64,000 nucleotides of DNA from a bacterium (GTDB lineage Bacteria; SAR324; XYD2-FULL-50-16), in assembly GCA_032250835.1 (NCBI GenBank), contig JAVVEA010000007.1, forward strand, positions 32,001 through 96,000. The letters run 5' to 3'. Made by a program: the position numbers and the translations under genes. Position 1 is the first letter of the stretch. Each line of letters starts with the position of its first letter. Below are positions 30,248 through 40,772 of the stretch, piece by piece. The notes below the pieces were generated by a model. The model did not search any database. It was not told where the DNA came from and was given only the letters and a program-made list of their open reading frames with translations.

Positions 30248-31714
30248 TTAACGCTTCATCTGGATCATGTCGGCTAAGACCTCGTCGGAGGTGGTGACCG
30301 TTTTGGCGTTGGCCTGGAAGGCGCGCTGGCCTTCGATCATGTTGACGAACTCGTTGGACAGCTCCACGTTCGAACGCTCTAAGGTCTTTGAATTGACCGT
30401 CCCCGAACCGTTCTGGCCCGGATCGTTCTCGATCGGCGGACCGGCCTCGAAGGTCTGCTTGTAGAGATTCTTACCCAACTGGGCCAGCTTTTCGGTGGCC
30501 TTGAAGTCCGTTAAAATGATCCGGCCTAGTGACTTGGTGTTGCCCGAGTCGAAGCTGCCTTGGACGGTACCGTCCTGCTTGATATAGATCGACTCGATCT
30601 TGCCGGACTTCATGCCGTCTGCGTTGGCTTCAATCAGCTTGAATTCGTTAGCAAACTGTGTGATCCCATCGACGCCGCTACGGGTGTCTAAGGGGTCATT
30701 GGGGTTGCTACCCTTGCCAAAGGCAAAGCCAATCTGTTGCGCTTGATCGGAGCCGGTGAACGTAAAGCCAACCTGAGGCACTTCTCCCTCGCCCCGTTCT
30801 ACTTGATTCATGGTCTTCGCTGGCGGCGGGGTGTCCGGCGGTGCGCCTGCGGCCACCGGGGGCTGGACGATCTCGCCGCCCAACTCACGGACCAAGCGTC
30901 CGTCGTTACTGAATTCCAAGAAGCCACCGCCTACGGCCTTCGAAGTGCCCGGCAGGCCCCCGGCTAAATCTTCGCCTTGTGACAGCGCCATCCACTGCCA
31001 TTGGTTCTTGCGTTCGGTCCCTGCTATGGGCTGGTTGGTGGCGGGGTCGATGTCCGGGCCCTTGTCGGCAAGCTTGCGGAAGACCACGTTGACCAAGTGT
31101 TCCTGGCCTTTGGTGTCGTAGACCGTCACGGAGCTGGAGAAGTTGTACATCTCGGCGGTGACGTTGTCATAATCCACGCTCAGCTTGGGCTCTTTGGCGT
31201 TGCTGTCGAGGTTGGCGATCACATTCACGCCGGTCCCTTCCTTAACGCCGTCACCCGTCGGGGTGGGCGGGTCGATTTGGTCGAGCACGTTGAGCCGCTT
31301 GAGGTTGCCCACCGTGTTGCCTTCGGGGCCCACGTCTTTAATCTGCAAATATTTCCCATCCTGACTGGTCAGATACCCTTCTTTATCGTAGGTAAACTGC
31401 CCGGCGCGGGTGTAATAGGTCTGTCCGGCCTTGTCCTTGACCGCAAAAAAGCCCTTGCCGTCGATGGCTAGGTCCGTTTCGTTTTCGGTGCTTTCAAAGG
31501 TACCTTGGCTCTGGATATTTTGGATATTAGCGATTTGCACGCCCTTGCCGATCTTGTCTCCGCCAGCGACGCTGGTTGCGACCATATCCTCAAAGTTGAC
31601 CCGGTTGTACTTAAAGCCCACCGTATTGACGTTGGCAATGTTACTACCGGTGATGGTCATCTCTTTGGAGTGGGATTTTACCCCGCTGGCGCCGGTGTAT
31701 AGCGAACCGATCAT
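30248..31714 (-). CDS. flgE: Flagellar hook protein FlgE
   Basis: NIANVNTVGFK, DLAIDGKGFF, YTRAGQF, LERSNVEL..EFV.MI..QRAFQAN. Confidence 0.96.
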   Translation of the reverse strand: MIGSLYTGASGVKSHSKEMTITGSNIANVNTVGFKYNRVNFEDMVATSVAGGDKIGKGVQIANIQNIQSQGTFESTENETDLAIDGKGFFAVKDKAGQTYYTRAGQFTYDKEGYLTSQDGKYLQIKDVGPEGNTVGNLKRLNVLDQIDPPTPTGDGVKEGTGVNVIANLDSNAKEPKLSVDYDNVTAEMYNFSSSVTVYDTKGQEHLVNVVFRKLADKGPDIDPATNQPIAGTERKNQWQWMALSQGEDLAGGLPGTSKAVGGGFLEFSNDGRLVRELGGEIVQPPVAAGAPPDTPPPAKTMNQVERGEGEVPQVGFTFTGSDQAQQIGFAFGKGSNPNDPLDTRSGVDGITQFANEFKLIEANADGMKSGKIESIYIKQDGTVQGSFDSGNTKSLGRIILTDFKATEKLAQLGKNLYKQTFEAGPPIENDPGQNGSGTVNSKTLERSNVELSNEFVNMIEGQRAFQANAKTVTTSDEVLADMIQMKR

Positions 31715-31779
31715 GTCTATTCCTCCAATTGGGTGGCCCTAGGGGCCGGTATTAGGGGCATCCTTGCCCGATGTTTGGT

Positions 31780-32556
31780 TCACTCGACAATTTCTTTGGG
31801 GTCTTTGATCAACCCTTGGGGCCGGAGCTCGCGCATCAGCGGTAGCGGCTTGGCATTGCCGAAGACCTGCTGGCTACTGTTGTCTACCGAGCGGATCTGG
31901 CTCACCGGAAGTTTGCGGCCCTGGGCGTTAACGAAGGCTTCGCCGCCCTGGAATTCGACCTGGTTGACCCGGCCCGAGTTGTAGGCCGCCACCTCTTCAG
32001 AGGTGCCGTCTGCGTGGCGCGCGATCAAGCGGATTTTGTAGAGGCCGTCGCCCATCAGGGTGCCCCGGTCATTTTTTCCGTCCCAAACATAACGGTGCTT
32101 ACCGGCACTCGAAAGACCTAAATCCTCTGAGTAGACGGGGCTGCCGTCTTTGGCTTCGATGCTCACCTTCAGGCCGGTCATCTCTTGGTCTAAGTTATAA
32201 TAGACCGGTTGCCCGCTGCCTTGAGTCAAGGCGACTTCATTGGCGTCTAACATCACATCCCTACCGATGAAGCTGAGGGCTTGATGGTTGGCCATGCCGG
32301 ACTGCGTCTTATTCAAGGCCTCCATGCCCTTGTTTAGTTTTTCGAGCTGCTCCATCGCGCCCAACTGGGCCAGCTGCGCGGTCATCCCGGCGCTGTCCAT
32401 AGGGCTGGTGGGGTCTTGGTTGGACATCTGCGTCATGAACAGGTTCATGAAGTCGTCTTTGCCCAGCTCGCTGTTGCCTTTGCCCGATTTGATCGCTTCG
32501 TCGCGAAGGACCGATTGGGCATTGGCTAGGGTAGATCTGGTGGCGTCTAGTGACAC
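31780..32556 (-). CDS. flgD: Flagellar hook capping protein FlgD
   Basis: LGKDDFM.L..TQM.NQDPTSPMD, WDGKND.G. Confidence 0.95.
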   Translation of the reverse strand: MSLDATRSTLANAQSVLRDEAIKSGKGNSELGKDDFMNLFMTQMSNQDPTSPMDSAGMTAQLAQLGAMEQLEKLNKGMEALNKTQSGMANHQALSFIGRDVMLDANEVALTQGSGQPVYYNLDQEMTGLKVSIEAKDGSPVYSEDLGLSSAGKHRYVWDGKNDRGTLMGDGLYKIRLIARHADGTSEEVAAYNSGRVNQVEFQGGEAFVNAQGRKLPVSQIRSVDNSSQQVFGNAKPLPLMRELRPQGLIKDPKEIVE

Positions 32557-32576
32557 GGGTCTCTCCTAAAGGGGGA

Positions 32577-33929
32577 TTAGGCGTAAATGCTTACGTCGGA
32601 TTCACTGGCCCGCTTGGCCGGTCCCGGTTCGGGGCTCTCGACAGACATGCGGGGATCAAAACCACGGCGTTCTTCAAGTTTTAATGCATTTTGGGTGCCT
32701 TGCTGTTCACCCTGTTGGTTGGGCTGCTGGCCGGAATTATCGGCAAAGCCCTGGGCCCCAGCTTGCTCGTCCCGCAAAGAGATGGTGAAACTTTCCACCT
32801 TCACCCCTTGGGCTTCTAGGCTCTTGGTCAATTCAGGCAGGCTCCGTTCCAAGGCTTCCTTGGCCGCGGTGGACTCCACTTCCATCTTGCCTCGATAGAT
32901 TTCCCCGTCTTTGGTCAGTTTGATCTGCACCCGGCCCAAATGCTCGGGGCGCAGCTGCATGGTCATCTCAGTGCGTTTGGCGTTGAGCGACATCTTGATC
33001 TGCTGGCCCATTTCTTTGGTTTCTAGCTTTTCGGTATAGCGGGGCTGGGTTGCTTGGGCTTGGGCCTTAGCATCAGCGCGCTGGGCGGAGGGCTCGCCTT
33101 TAAGGCCCGAAAGGTTTAAGCCCGGCAGATCGGCGGCGCTACTTTTTTGGGCGACCTTTCCGCTTAACATCTCGGCGCGGGCCGCAGCGGCCTTAGCGAA
33201 AGCCGACTGGGCTCCTTGGGCTTGGTTTAGTTTAGCGACTTGGGCCTTGTTGCCCTGGGCACCGGTATCTTGGCGGTTTTGGTCAAACTGCTGGTGCTGT
33301 CCGCCACGCCTTGCCATCGCTCCGGCTTCGCCGCGGCTTAGGTCGGTCATCTGCGGATTAAAGGCAGACTTAGCTCCCTCAGACTCCTTGGCCATAGCAG
33401 CGGCCGGGGCCGCCTCGGTAAATTGCTTCTGGGGCTGGGCAGTGCCCTTGTCGTCCTGTTGAGACTGGGCCAAGGCGGGGTTGAAGAGGTGTCCCTTCTT
33501 TTCCATGGTCTTTTGGTTCTGGATGTCGTCGACCACGCGGCCCTGCAACTCTTCAATGCCCTTGCGGAAGCGGTACTGGGCCTTTTCTTGCCCCATCTGA
33601 CGGCCTTGGTTCTGCTCCACGGCAGATTTTTCCGACCATTGGTTCTCGATCTTGGCCGACTGCTGCTGTCGCTGGGAGACCATGTCAAAGACGAAATCCT
33701 GCTGGACCCGCTCTTGCTCCAGCTCTTTCTTGCTTTTCTTGTCTACGAACAGTTCGGCCGCTTCACTGGCCGGGCTGGTCTTTAGGTCCGCATTGGAAAA
33801 CCAATCCAATTCGGTCTGGGCAGCGACCAACTGACCGGTAAATTGGTCCAAATCAGCGGGTGGTTGGTTTTTCCGGGTGTCCGTCTGGACCTGACCCTTA
33901 TAATTAAAATTGCCTTGCGTCACATTCAT
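32577..33929 (-). CDS. fliK: Flagellar hook-length control protein FliK
   Basis: Low-complexity N-terminus, C-terminal LRPEHLGRV; upstream of flgD. Confidence 0.88.
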   Translation of the reverse strand: MNVTQGNFNYKGQVQTDTRKNQPPADLDQFTGQLVAAQTELDWFSNADLKTSPASEAAELFVDKKSKKELEQERVQQDFVFDMVSQRQQQSAKIENQWSEKSAVEQNQGRQMGQEKAQYRFRKGIEELQGRVVDDIQNQKTMEKKGHLFNPALAQSQQDDKGTAQPQKQFTEAAPAAAMAKESEGAKSAFNPQMTDLSRGEAGAMARRGGQHQQFDQNRQDTGAQGNKAQVAKLNQAQGAQSAFAKAAAARAEMLSGKVAQKSSAADLPGLNLSGLKGEPSAQRADAKAQAQATQPRYTEKLETKEMGQQIKMSLNAKRTEMTMQLRPEHLGRVQIKLTKDGEIYRGKMEVESTAAKEALERSLPELTKSLEAQGVKVESFTISLRDEQAGAQGFADNSGQQPNQQGEQQGTQNALKLEERRGFDPRMSVESPEPGPAKRASESDVSIYA

Positions 33930-34026
33930 GGAATGCTCCCTACCTGGATGATTTAAATGTCCTCTTCCCTGAGAACCAATGGCAAAGGGGCGGTCTCCAG
34001 ACCACCCAAGGTGCGAAAGCGCCTGG

Positions 34027-34626
34027 CTAAGGCGTTTCGCCTTTTCGTCCCTGTTTGAACTTGGTGACCCGTTCGGTAATGTCCACGGCCACTTTGGGTT
34101 CTAACAGTTGCATAATCGCCGATGCCTTACGCGGGTTCATCCGCATCAAAAGGTGCATCGCCGTGACCCGGTCCATTTGGTTGATGAACTGGGCGGTATT
34201 TTCTGCCGTCATGGTCTCGTAATATTTAACCATCCGGCTGATATCTTTTTCGTCTACTTGCTTACGCTCTGCGCGCATCACCTCGATCTTCTGGGCTAGG
34301 CTACGCATCTGTTCTAATTTCTGCTCTACCTGCTGGCTCAAGAGTTTCAGCTCGCCGGTGCGCTTGCTGAATTCTTCTTCTCGGCGCTGCAACTCGGCCT
34401 CGCGGGCCTTTAATTGCGTCAAGACCTTCACTTCAGATTCGCTGTAGCTGACCTCTTGGGTCCCGGCTGCGTCGCTGCTGGCGTCTGCGCTGGTCGAGAA
34501 GGTACCGGGACGGATTTTGTTCATCCAGCCCTTCATGGTGTCCATACCATAGGCGGGCCCGGTGCCCAAAACCAAAAAGGCCAGGGTGAAGGTGCATGCG
34601 GATTTGGTCCAGTTGCCTAACTTCAT
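34027..34626 (-). CDS. MotE/FlbB-like flagellar protein (MgtE_N-like C-terminus)
   Basis: Coiled coil followed by VKYYETM...A, M.PRKAS.IM..L.P..A; between fliJ and fliK. Confidence 0.8.
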   Translation of the reverse strand: MKLGNWTKSACTFTLAFLVLGTGPAYGMDTMKGWMNKIRPGTFSTSADASSDAAGTQEVSYSESEVKVLTQLKAREAELQRREEEFSKRTGELKLLSQQVEQKLEQMRSLAQKIEVMRAERKQVDEKDISRMVKYYETMTAENTAQFINQMDRVTAMHLLMRMNPRKASAIMQLLEPKVAVDITERVTKFKQGRKGETP

Positions 34627-35069
34627 GATCGTTGCTGCATGGTGAACAAATTGGTGGCGGTCTCGTCTAAAAACTGACGCTCCAACCGGGCCAAGCGCTT
34701 TTCATAGCGGTCCTTTTCCCGGTCGCTTAAGATCTCTAAGGTCTTGCGCTTTTTAGCGGCTTCGACCAGGGCCAAACGGGCCTTTTCGGTGGCGGCGGCG
34801 GCCTCTTTGCGGCGGGCTTCAAGGCGGCCTAGTTCTTGGCGCTTCTTAAAGCGAAACTGATCTAAAAATTTAAAGTCCCCCAGGTTGATTTGCCCGGCCT
34901 GTTTGGCTTGTCCCAACTGGGACGCAGAGGCGTCCATCTGGTCTTGGATCGCCGTCATCTGGGCTTCTATGGCTTGCAACACCGCCAGGCGTTGGGCCAT
35001 CTCTTTCATCTGGATTTTTTCCTGCTTGCCGCGCACATCAAGTGCGGTTTGCATGGAGAATTTAAACAT
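34623..35069 (-). CDS. fliJ: Flagellar export protein FliJ
   Basis: FKFSMQ..L.VR...E, A.K.RK.LE.L, EQ..LDE-like end; 148 aa. Confidence 0.88.
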   Translation of the reverse strand: MFKFSMQTALDVRGKQEKIQMKEMAQRLAVLQAIEAQMTAIQDQMDASASQLGQAKQAGQINLGDFKFLDQFRFKKRQELGRLEARRKEAAAATEKARLALVEAAKKRKTLEILSDREKDRYEKRLARLERQFLDETATNLFTMQQRS

Positions 35070-35254
35070 CGGCCCGGGGTTCTATGGGTTAACTTTCTTC
35101 AAAAGAGCAATTCAAGGAACATGCCCCAGCCAGGAAGGGTTCACTTTTCTGCCCCCAAGGCCCCCGGCTTGGCAAAGCCCTGCAAAGGGAATAACTTGAA
35201 TCACAGAACCGGTGATGCAAGAACCACAACCAACCTATAAAAACCAACCGCGCT

Positions 35255-35716
35255 ATGAACTGGATTTTCCGATACTTTTACCAACTGACTCTGGCCCTCT
35301 GGGTTGGGGGGATGACCTGTTTTGCCTTTTTGGTGACCCCGCTGGTTTTTTCAAATCTAGGCCGTGATGAGGCGGCTAAGATCGTGGGTTTTCTCTTCCC
35401 GGTCTATTATCCGGTAATGGCCGGGGTGAGCTTGGCGGCCTTGATCTTCTACTTCTTGCACCAAAGAGCAGAAGGCTTTTTTTATAAACTCGGGATTTTG
35501 TTGTTAGTTACTGCCGTGCTCATCAACCTCTATCAATACATTATCTTGTTCCCCCAAGCGGCCCAGCTCCAGGCTCAGATCGGCTCCTTTGAGGCGATGG
35601 CGCGGGAAAACCCCCTGCGGCAGTCCTTTGCCAAACTACATATTCAGGCCAACCTTTTAGGGTTGCTGGTCTTGATCGAAGGCTATGTGTTGCTGTTTTT
35701 CGCTGGCCGCAAGTAG
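35255..35716 (+). CDS. DUF4149/TMEM205-like membrane protein
   Basis: LWVGG......V.P.VF..L....A..I...LFP.YY, F..LH; four TM helices. Confidence 0.8.
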   Translation: MNWIFRYFYQLTLALWVGGMTCFAFLVTPLVFSNLGRDEAAKIVGFLFPVYYPVMAGVSLAALIFYFLHQRAEGFFYKLGILLLVTAVLINLYQYIILFPQAAQLQAQIGSFEAMARENPLRQSFAKLHIQANLLGLLVLIEGYVLLFFAGRK

Positions 35717-36844
35717 ATGCAGGTTTTTGAGGAAGTTTTAGAGGCTCAGTTTATCGAGCGCCCCAACCGCTTTGTGGTCAAGGCCCAATTAGGGGAGCAG
35801 GTGGTCGAGGCCTATCTGGCCAATCCGGGCCGTTTGAGCGAGTTGCTCTTTGCAGGGGTGACCTTGCTGATGGAGCGCAGCAAAGGCCAAGGAAAGATGG
35901 ACTACCGGGTGGTGGCCCTGGCCCTAGGAGACTCAACCATCAACCTGCACACCCATGAAAGCAATGCCATGGCTGCTTGGTTGATCAACCAAGGCCATAT
36001 CCCTAGCCTAGCCGGTTGGCGGGTCAAGAAGCGCGAACAAAAGGTCGGCCACAGCCGTTTTGATTTGCTGCTCGAAAAAGACGGCGTGGAACGCCTAGGA
36101 GAAGTCAAGAGCTGCACCCTGTTCACCGAATCTTTCGCCCTCTTCCCCGACGCGCCTAGCGAGCGGGCGACCAAGCACCTCAAGGAATTGGCTGAATTAG
36201 CCCCCCCATCGGGGCCCAAGCCTTTGGTGTTATTTCTGGTCCAGAAGCAAGGCCTGAAGGCCTTTTTACCGGACTGGCACACCGATTTAACCTTTGCCCA
36301 AACCTTATTGGAGGTCAAAGACCGGTTAGAAATTCTCCCCATAGCGGTTGAATTAAAGCCGGACCTGAGCTTATCCCCCCAAACCGAACTGCTGCCGATC
36401 CCTTGGGACCTTTTGGAACAGCAGGCCAAAGACGAGGGGGACTATCTATATATTATGCAGCTACCAGAGCGCCAAGAAATTTCGGTAGGTAGCCTGGGGC
36501 CTAAGGTCTTTGAGGCAGGTTTTTATGTCTATGTAGGCTCCGCCCGGAAGAACCTAAGCCAGCGGTTAGCCCGCCACCAGCGCCTAAAAAAGAAGGCCCA
36601 TTGGCATATAGACTACCTGCGCGCAGCTGCCACCCACCACATGGCCTTGCCGGTACGCAGCCAAGATGCTCAAGAATGTGACCTCGCCCAAGCCTTAAGC
36701 CAACGAGCGGACTGGGAGATGCCGGGCTTTGGCTGTTGTGACTGCCACTGTGCCAGCCACCTGTTTGGTTTTTCTGCGGACCCGACGGCCCACCGGGCCT
36801 TTTGGGACCTGCTTTTCCACTACCGGGTGGATCGTTTTTGGTGA
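35717..36844 (+). CDS. sfsA: SfsA nuclease fused to DUF123/GIY-YIG-like domain
   Basis: F..RPNRF, NPGRL.EL, SRFD...[19 protein letters not shown]-terminal [25 protein letters not shown]. Confidence 0.88.
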   Translation: MQVFEEVLEAQFIERPNRFVVKAQLGEQVVEAYLANPGRLSELLFAGVTLLMERSKGQGKMDYRVVALALGDSTINLHTHESNAMAAWLINQGHIPSLAGWRVKKREQKVGHSRFDLLLEKDGVERLGEVKSCTLFTESFALFPDAPSERATKHLKELAELAPPSGPKPLVLFLVQKQGLKAFLPDWHTDLTFAQTLLEVKDRLEILPIAVELKPDLSLSPQTELLPIPWDLLEQQAKDEGDYLYIMQLPERQEISVGSLGPKVFEAGFYVYVGSARKNLSQRLARHQRLKKKAHWHIDYLRAAATHHMALPVRSQDAQECDLAQALSQRADWEMPGFGCCDCHCASHLFGFSADPTAHRAFWDLLFHYRVDRFW

Positions 36845-36924
36845 CAAAATCGACAAATTTCTTGACGAGGTCCCTTTGGCCCGGCTAAATAAACATAGTT
36901 TTTTAACACCTAACTAGAAAAAGC

Positions 36925-37152
36925 ATGGCCAGTCCTTCGGAAGTCAAAAGTAAGCTCGAATCCAACATCGACGGCGCAACCGCCGAGGTGGAAGACCTGA
37001 CGGGCCAAGAAAACCATTATTCGGTCCGCGTCACCTCTGCTGCCTTTTCAGGCAAGTCGATGATCGAACAACACCAAATGGTCTACGCCGCGCTGGGTGC
37101 GGAGATGAAAGAAGAGATCCATGCCCTGACCATCGCAACCGTAACCCCCTAA
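36925..37152 (+). CDS. BolA/IbaG family protein
   Basis: HY.V.V.S..F.GK....QHQ.VY..L....IHAL.I.T.TP. Confidence 0.92.
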   Translation: MASPSEVKSKLESNIDGATAEVEDLTGQENHYSVRVTSAAFSGKSMIEQHQMVYAALGAEMKEEIHALTIATVTP

Positions 37153-37163
37153 AGGCTTCAAGA

Positions 37164-37514
37164 ATGCAGGCTCCTAACGAAATCAAATTGGAAAAACCGG
37201 CGACCCCCTTTTCTGCGAAATCCAACATTGAGCAGATGGTCAAGGACAACCCGGTGATGCTGTTCATGAAAGGCAACGCTATGCTGCCCCAGTGTGGTTT
37301 TTCGGCTCAGGTGGTAGAAATCCTCAAGCGCTTGGGCGTTGAGTTTAAAACCTTCGACATCTTGCAGGACGACATCATCCGCAACGAGATCAAAGAGTTT
37401 AGCAACTGGCCCACGCTACCCCAGCTTTACTTTAAAGGTAAGTTCTTAGGCGGTTGCGACATTGTGACCGAAATGTATCAGAACGGCGAGTTGGACAAAA
37501 CCCTCGCCTCCTAA
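37164..37514 (+). CDS. grxD: Monothiol glutaredoxin Grx4
   Basis: LFMKG...PQCGFS, WPT.PQL, GGCDI. Confidence 0.95.
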   Translation: MQAPNEIKLEKPATPFSAKSNIEQMVKDNPVMLFMKGNAMLPQCGFSAQVVEILKRLGVEFKTFDILQDDIIRNEIKEFSNWPTLPQLYFKGKFLGGCDIVTEMYQNGELDKTLAS

Positions 37515-37638
37515 CCGGCCGCGTTCCTCCTGGTGTCCGTCGGGCTTAAACAACCGATGGGCACCGGGTTGGATTATGTCCCTGCCTTTTTTCCGCGTCC
37601 TGCGGCTCCTTTAGAGCAAATTTCTTCAAGCGCCTCAT

Positions 37639-38076
37639 TTACCACCACGCCAAAGGGTCCGGCCCATAAGCATTTTCTCCGTACATTCCGCGTGCGAAGA
37701 GCAGGTAGAGGTATACGAAGAAATTTATGACCGGCACCAGAATCAGCAAGGCCAACCAACCGCTGTTTCCTAAGTCATGGAATCGTTTGATCGCCATAAA
37801 GAAGGAGGCGATGTAGAAGACCGTGGTGACGAGACCCTGGATCAACTCACCAAACAACGGACCGCCCGATGAGAAGACCGCTACCAGAACCGCAGCGAAT
37901 GCAATGAAGTGGCCCTGAAAAAACCGCTTACGGTTCAAACGCCCCTCAGGAACAAAGGCCAGGTAAATTAAAAAATCCTTACCATACCAAGGCTGCGTAA
38001 AGGCAATAGCCATTCTTTGGCCAGCCGTTTTCTTCTTTGCGTGGTCCATTTCTTCTGTTGATCCAGTAGGTTCCAT
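37639..38076 (-). CDS. DUF805 membrane protein
   Basis: GRLNRKRF, KRFHDLGNSGW, GEN.YGPDP. Confidence 0.85.
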   Translation of the reverse strand: MEPTGSTEEMDHAKKKTAGQRMAIAFTQPWYGKDFLIYLAFVPEGRLNRKRFFQGHFIAFAAVLVAVFSSGGPLFGELIQGLVTTVFYIASFFMAIKRFHDLGNSGWLALLILVPVINFFVYLYLLFARGMYGENAYGPDPLAWW

Positions 38077-38209
38077 CAGGTCCTCATATATTAAAAAGGT
38101 ATCTCAACTAAACAAGTTTTTAATGCCCTCACCGCCCGTCCTTTCAAAGCGGCAACGCATGTTAAGTAAGGCGCCATAGAACTTTTTATATCCTACGATT
38201 TTTAATCCC

Positions 38210-38869
38210 TTATTTTATGTGACTAGGGCTCAGGGTCGGGCTTAAGCCCGCAGCGGTAAAGACCAGCAACCCGCTGGCCTGGGTTCCGTCGCGTAGCCAT
38301 TGCTGGCGCACCACCGAAGCCCCACGGGGCAGGCTGGCTAAAAGAGCCGGGGTGTGGGGTAATTCAGGCGAAAGTTTAAACAGCGCCTTTTGAGCTACCC
38401 AAATCCGCAAAAAGGCGGGGCTCCTTTCGTAGCTTTGCTGCAAAAAACGGCTCATTTGCAGGGTGACCTCTTCGGGGTCGCTGCGGTTGAGCTGCATTAA
38501 GTCTAATTCCTCGCCCCCTCCGCGGCCCACCCACAAAAGGCCGTAGTCCGCCAGTAAGGCGCGGTGGATAATTAAATCCTGCTTGTAGGCCAACTCTACC
38601 GACTGGTCCTGTACATACATCAAGACCACTTCGGTGATTTTCCCGGCTTTGGTCGAAAAGCTCAGGTCCATTTCCTGGCCCAACCAAAGCACCTTCTGGG
38701 CGGCGCAATAATGCCCTTGCGCAATGTGAGGGCACTCAAAAAGCGGAACCTTTTGGGCCGAAATTTCGGCCACCGCATCACCGAACTCAAAGTCACGAAA
38801 GAGGGGGACCCCCGCCAGCAGCGGGGCCGGAGCTAAGAAAGCCATGAATAAAAAGAGGAGGCGGGACAA
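38210..38869 (-). CDS. Hypothetical exported protein
   Basis: Probable TTG start at 38869 gives a signal peptide followed by PLFRDFEFG; start uncertain. Confidence 0.55.
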   Translation of the reverse strand: MSRLLFLFMAFLAPAPLLAGVPLFRDFEFGDAVAEISAQKVPLFECPHIAQGHYCAAQKVLWLGQEMDLSFSTKAGKITEVVLMYVQDQSVELAYKQDLIIHRALLADYGLLWVGRGGGEELDLMQLNRSDPEEVTLQMSRFLQQSYERSPAFLRIWVAQKALFKLSPELPHTPALLASLPRGASVVRQQWLRDGTQASGLLVFTAAGLSPTLSPSHIK

Positions 38870-38873
38870 GGAA

Positions 38874-40649
38874 TTACTTGGTGCGTAGCGCTTTGGTGAC
38901 GCGGTTGCGCCCGTCAAGTTTTGACTGGTAGAGCGCTTCGTCGGCCAGCACAATCAACTTTTCGATCTCCATGTTCTCCCCGGCCGCCATGGTCGCCACC
39001 CCGATACTGATGGTCAGATAGGGGCCCACTTGGGAAAACTCATGGGGGATTTCGGCTTCTAAGATGCTCTTGCGGAGTTGTTCGGCCACCGTATAGGCCC
39101 CCTCCAGATTGGTCGAAGGCAGGATCACCGCAAATTCTTCACCGCCGTAGCGGGCCACCATGTCGATGGCACGCTTAACCACCGACCGGAAGACCTCGGC
39201 CACTTTACGCAAACATTCATCACCCTTAAGGTGCCCGTAGCCGTCGTTGTATTTCTTGAAGTAGTCGATATCCAAGATCACCAAGGAAAGTTCCCACTTC
39301 TCGCGGATCGCCCGGTTGCGCTCTTGGTTTAGGTATTCATCAAAGCTACGGCGGTTGGCCAAGCTGGTCAGTGCATCGGTCTTGCTGTATTCCATCAGCT
39401 TTTCGTTGAGCCGCTGCAACTCCGCTTCCCAAGCCTTACGTTCCGTCAGGTCCACCATCAAGCCAATAGACTGGCTGGCCTCGCCGGTTTCATGATCAAA
39501 AACCGTAGGGATTGCCTCTAGTAAGATAGGGACGTCATGGCCGTCTTTGTGGCGCATGGTGATCTCGTAGGAACCCCGCTCACCTAAGCGGCGCTTGACG
39601 ATGGCGTCCAAGAAGATGCGCGAGTTGTCGTCATCCACAAACATGGGATCTAAGATCGAGCGGCCCCGCATCTCTTCTTTGGAGTAGCCCAGCATATGGC
39701 AGAGCGCTAAGTTGGTGCGGCGGATGGCGATAGAAAAGCCCAACTCACGGTGCAAGAGGCTGCAAAACTGACTTTTGTCGGATTTTTCCAACTCCACTGG
39801 GTGGAAGTCAATGATCCAAGCACTTAAGGGCAAGCGCTCGATCAGGTTGTCTACATATTCTAGTTGATCTTGCAATTGCTCGTAGTAGCCGTCTTTTTCC
39901 TCTTCGATCAGCTGGCGCATGGTGACGTTGTGCACCGAAGCAATCTGGGCCATCTTGCCACCCAAGTGGATCTCGCCTAAGACCATATAGGCGTAGATCA
40001 CCAAGCCGTCTTTGTGCCGGATGCGGAATTCGTATTCGTTGGCCCCCAGACCTCCTGAATCAGCCTGGGCATAGGCGGCCAAAAAGGCATCCAAGTCGTC
40101 GGGGTGGATCAGGTCAAAGAAGCGGCGTCCGATCAGCTCCGCTTCTTCGAAGCCACAAAGTTCGCTGAAATAATGGTTGCTGTAGCGGATCTCATCGCCT
40201 TCAATGATCAGCACCCCCGACTGGATCGAGTTGAGCAGTTCGGTATGGGCCGCTTCGTCGAGGTGTAAAAAGCGGCCGCGCTCTTCCACTAATTTGTCGG
40301 CCCGGGCCATCACAAATTCGCGGTCTTGGTGTTTGAGGTGGGAAAAAGAGAAGGCTACCGCAAAGGACTCTGCTGTCGAGCGCTTGGGCTGGATTTCCAT
40401 CGACAAGGGCGAATGGTCCCCTCGCTGAACCAAGGCTAAGTGCTCGTCAAAGATCCGGCTGCCCAAAGGTTCGATCACCTGAGAGAAGCTCTGCCCCACT
40501 AGGTCTTCATGCCCATAACCGCAGAGGCGCGCAAAGGCGCGGTTGACCCACAATACCTCCAAAGAAGTGCCAAAGATCACGATAGGATCGATGATCGAGG
40601 CGACCAATTCAGCCAGCCCGGCAGGTAATTGTTTGGAGGCGTTGTTCAT
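38874..40649 (-). CDS. PAS-PAS-PAS-GGDEF diguanylate cyclase
   Basis: Three PAS domains; DALT.LANRR, DIDYFK.YND.YGH..GD, RxxD I-site, GGEEF. Confidence 0.93.
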   Translation of the reverse strand: MNNASKQLPAGLAELVASIIDPIVIFGTSLEVLWVNRAFARLCGYGHEDLVGQSFSQVIEPLGSRIFDEHLALVQRGDHSPLSMEIQPKRSTAESFAVAFSFSHLKHQDREFVMARADKLVEERGRFLHLDEAAHTELLNSIQSGVLIIEGDEIRYSNHYFSELCGFEEAELIGRRFFDLIHPDDLDAFLAAYAQADSGGLGANEYEFRIRHKDGLVIYAYMVLGEIHLGGKMAQIASVHNVTMRQLIEEEKDGYYEQLQDQLEYVDNLIERLPLSAWIIDFHPVELEKSDKSQFCSLLHRELGFSIAIRRTNLALCHMLGYSKEEMRGRSILDPMFVDDDNSRIFLDAIVKRRLGERGSYEITMRHKDGHDVPILLEAIPTVFDHETGEASQSIGLMVDLTERKAWEAELQRLNEKLMEYSKTDALTSLANRRSFDEYLNQERNRAIREKWELSLVILDIDYFKKYNDGYGHLKGDECLRKVAEVFRSVVKRAIDMVARYGGEEFAVILPSTNLEGAYTVAEQLRKSILEAEIPHEFSQVGPYLTISIGVATMAAGENMEIEKLIVLADEALYQSKLDGRNRVTKALRTK

Positions 40650-40772
40650 AGCAGTTCCTGATAAGTTCGCGATTATAGCCCGGTATCCCTCCTTTGGCTA
40701 GTCCCGAGCAACACTTAGGGCAGCAGCCTTAGACAAAGCATCCTTGACACACCCCCACAGGAGCCCTAATGC

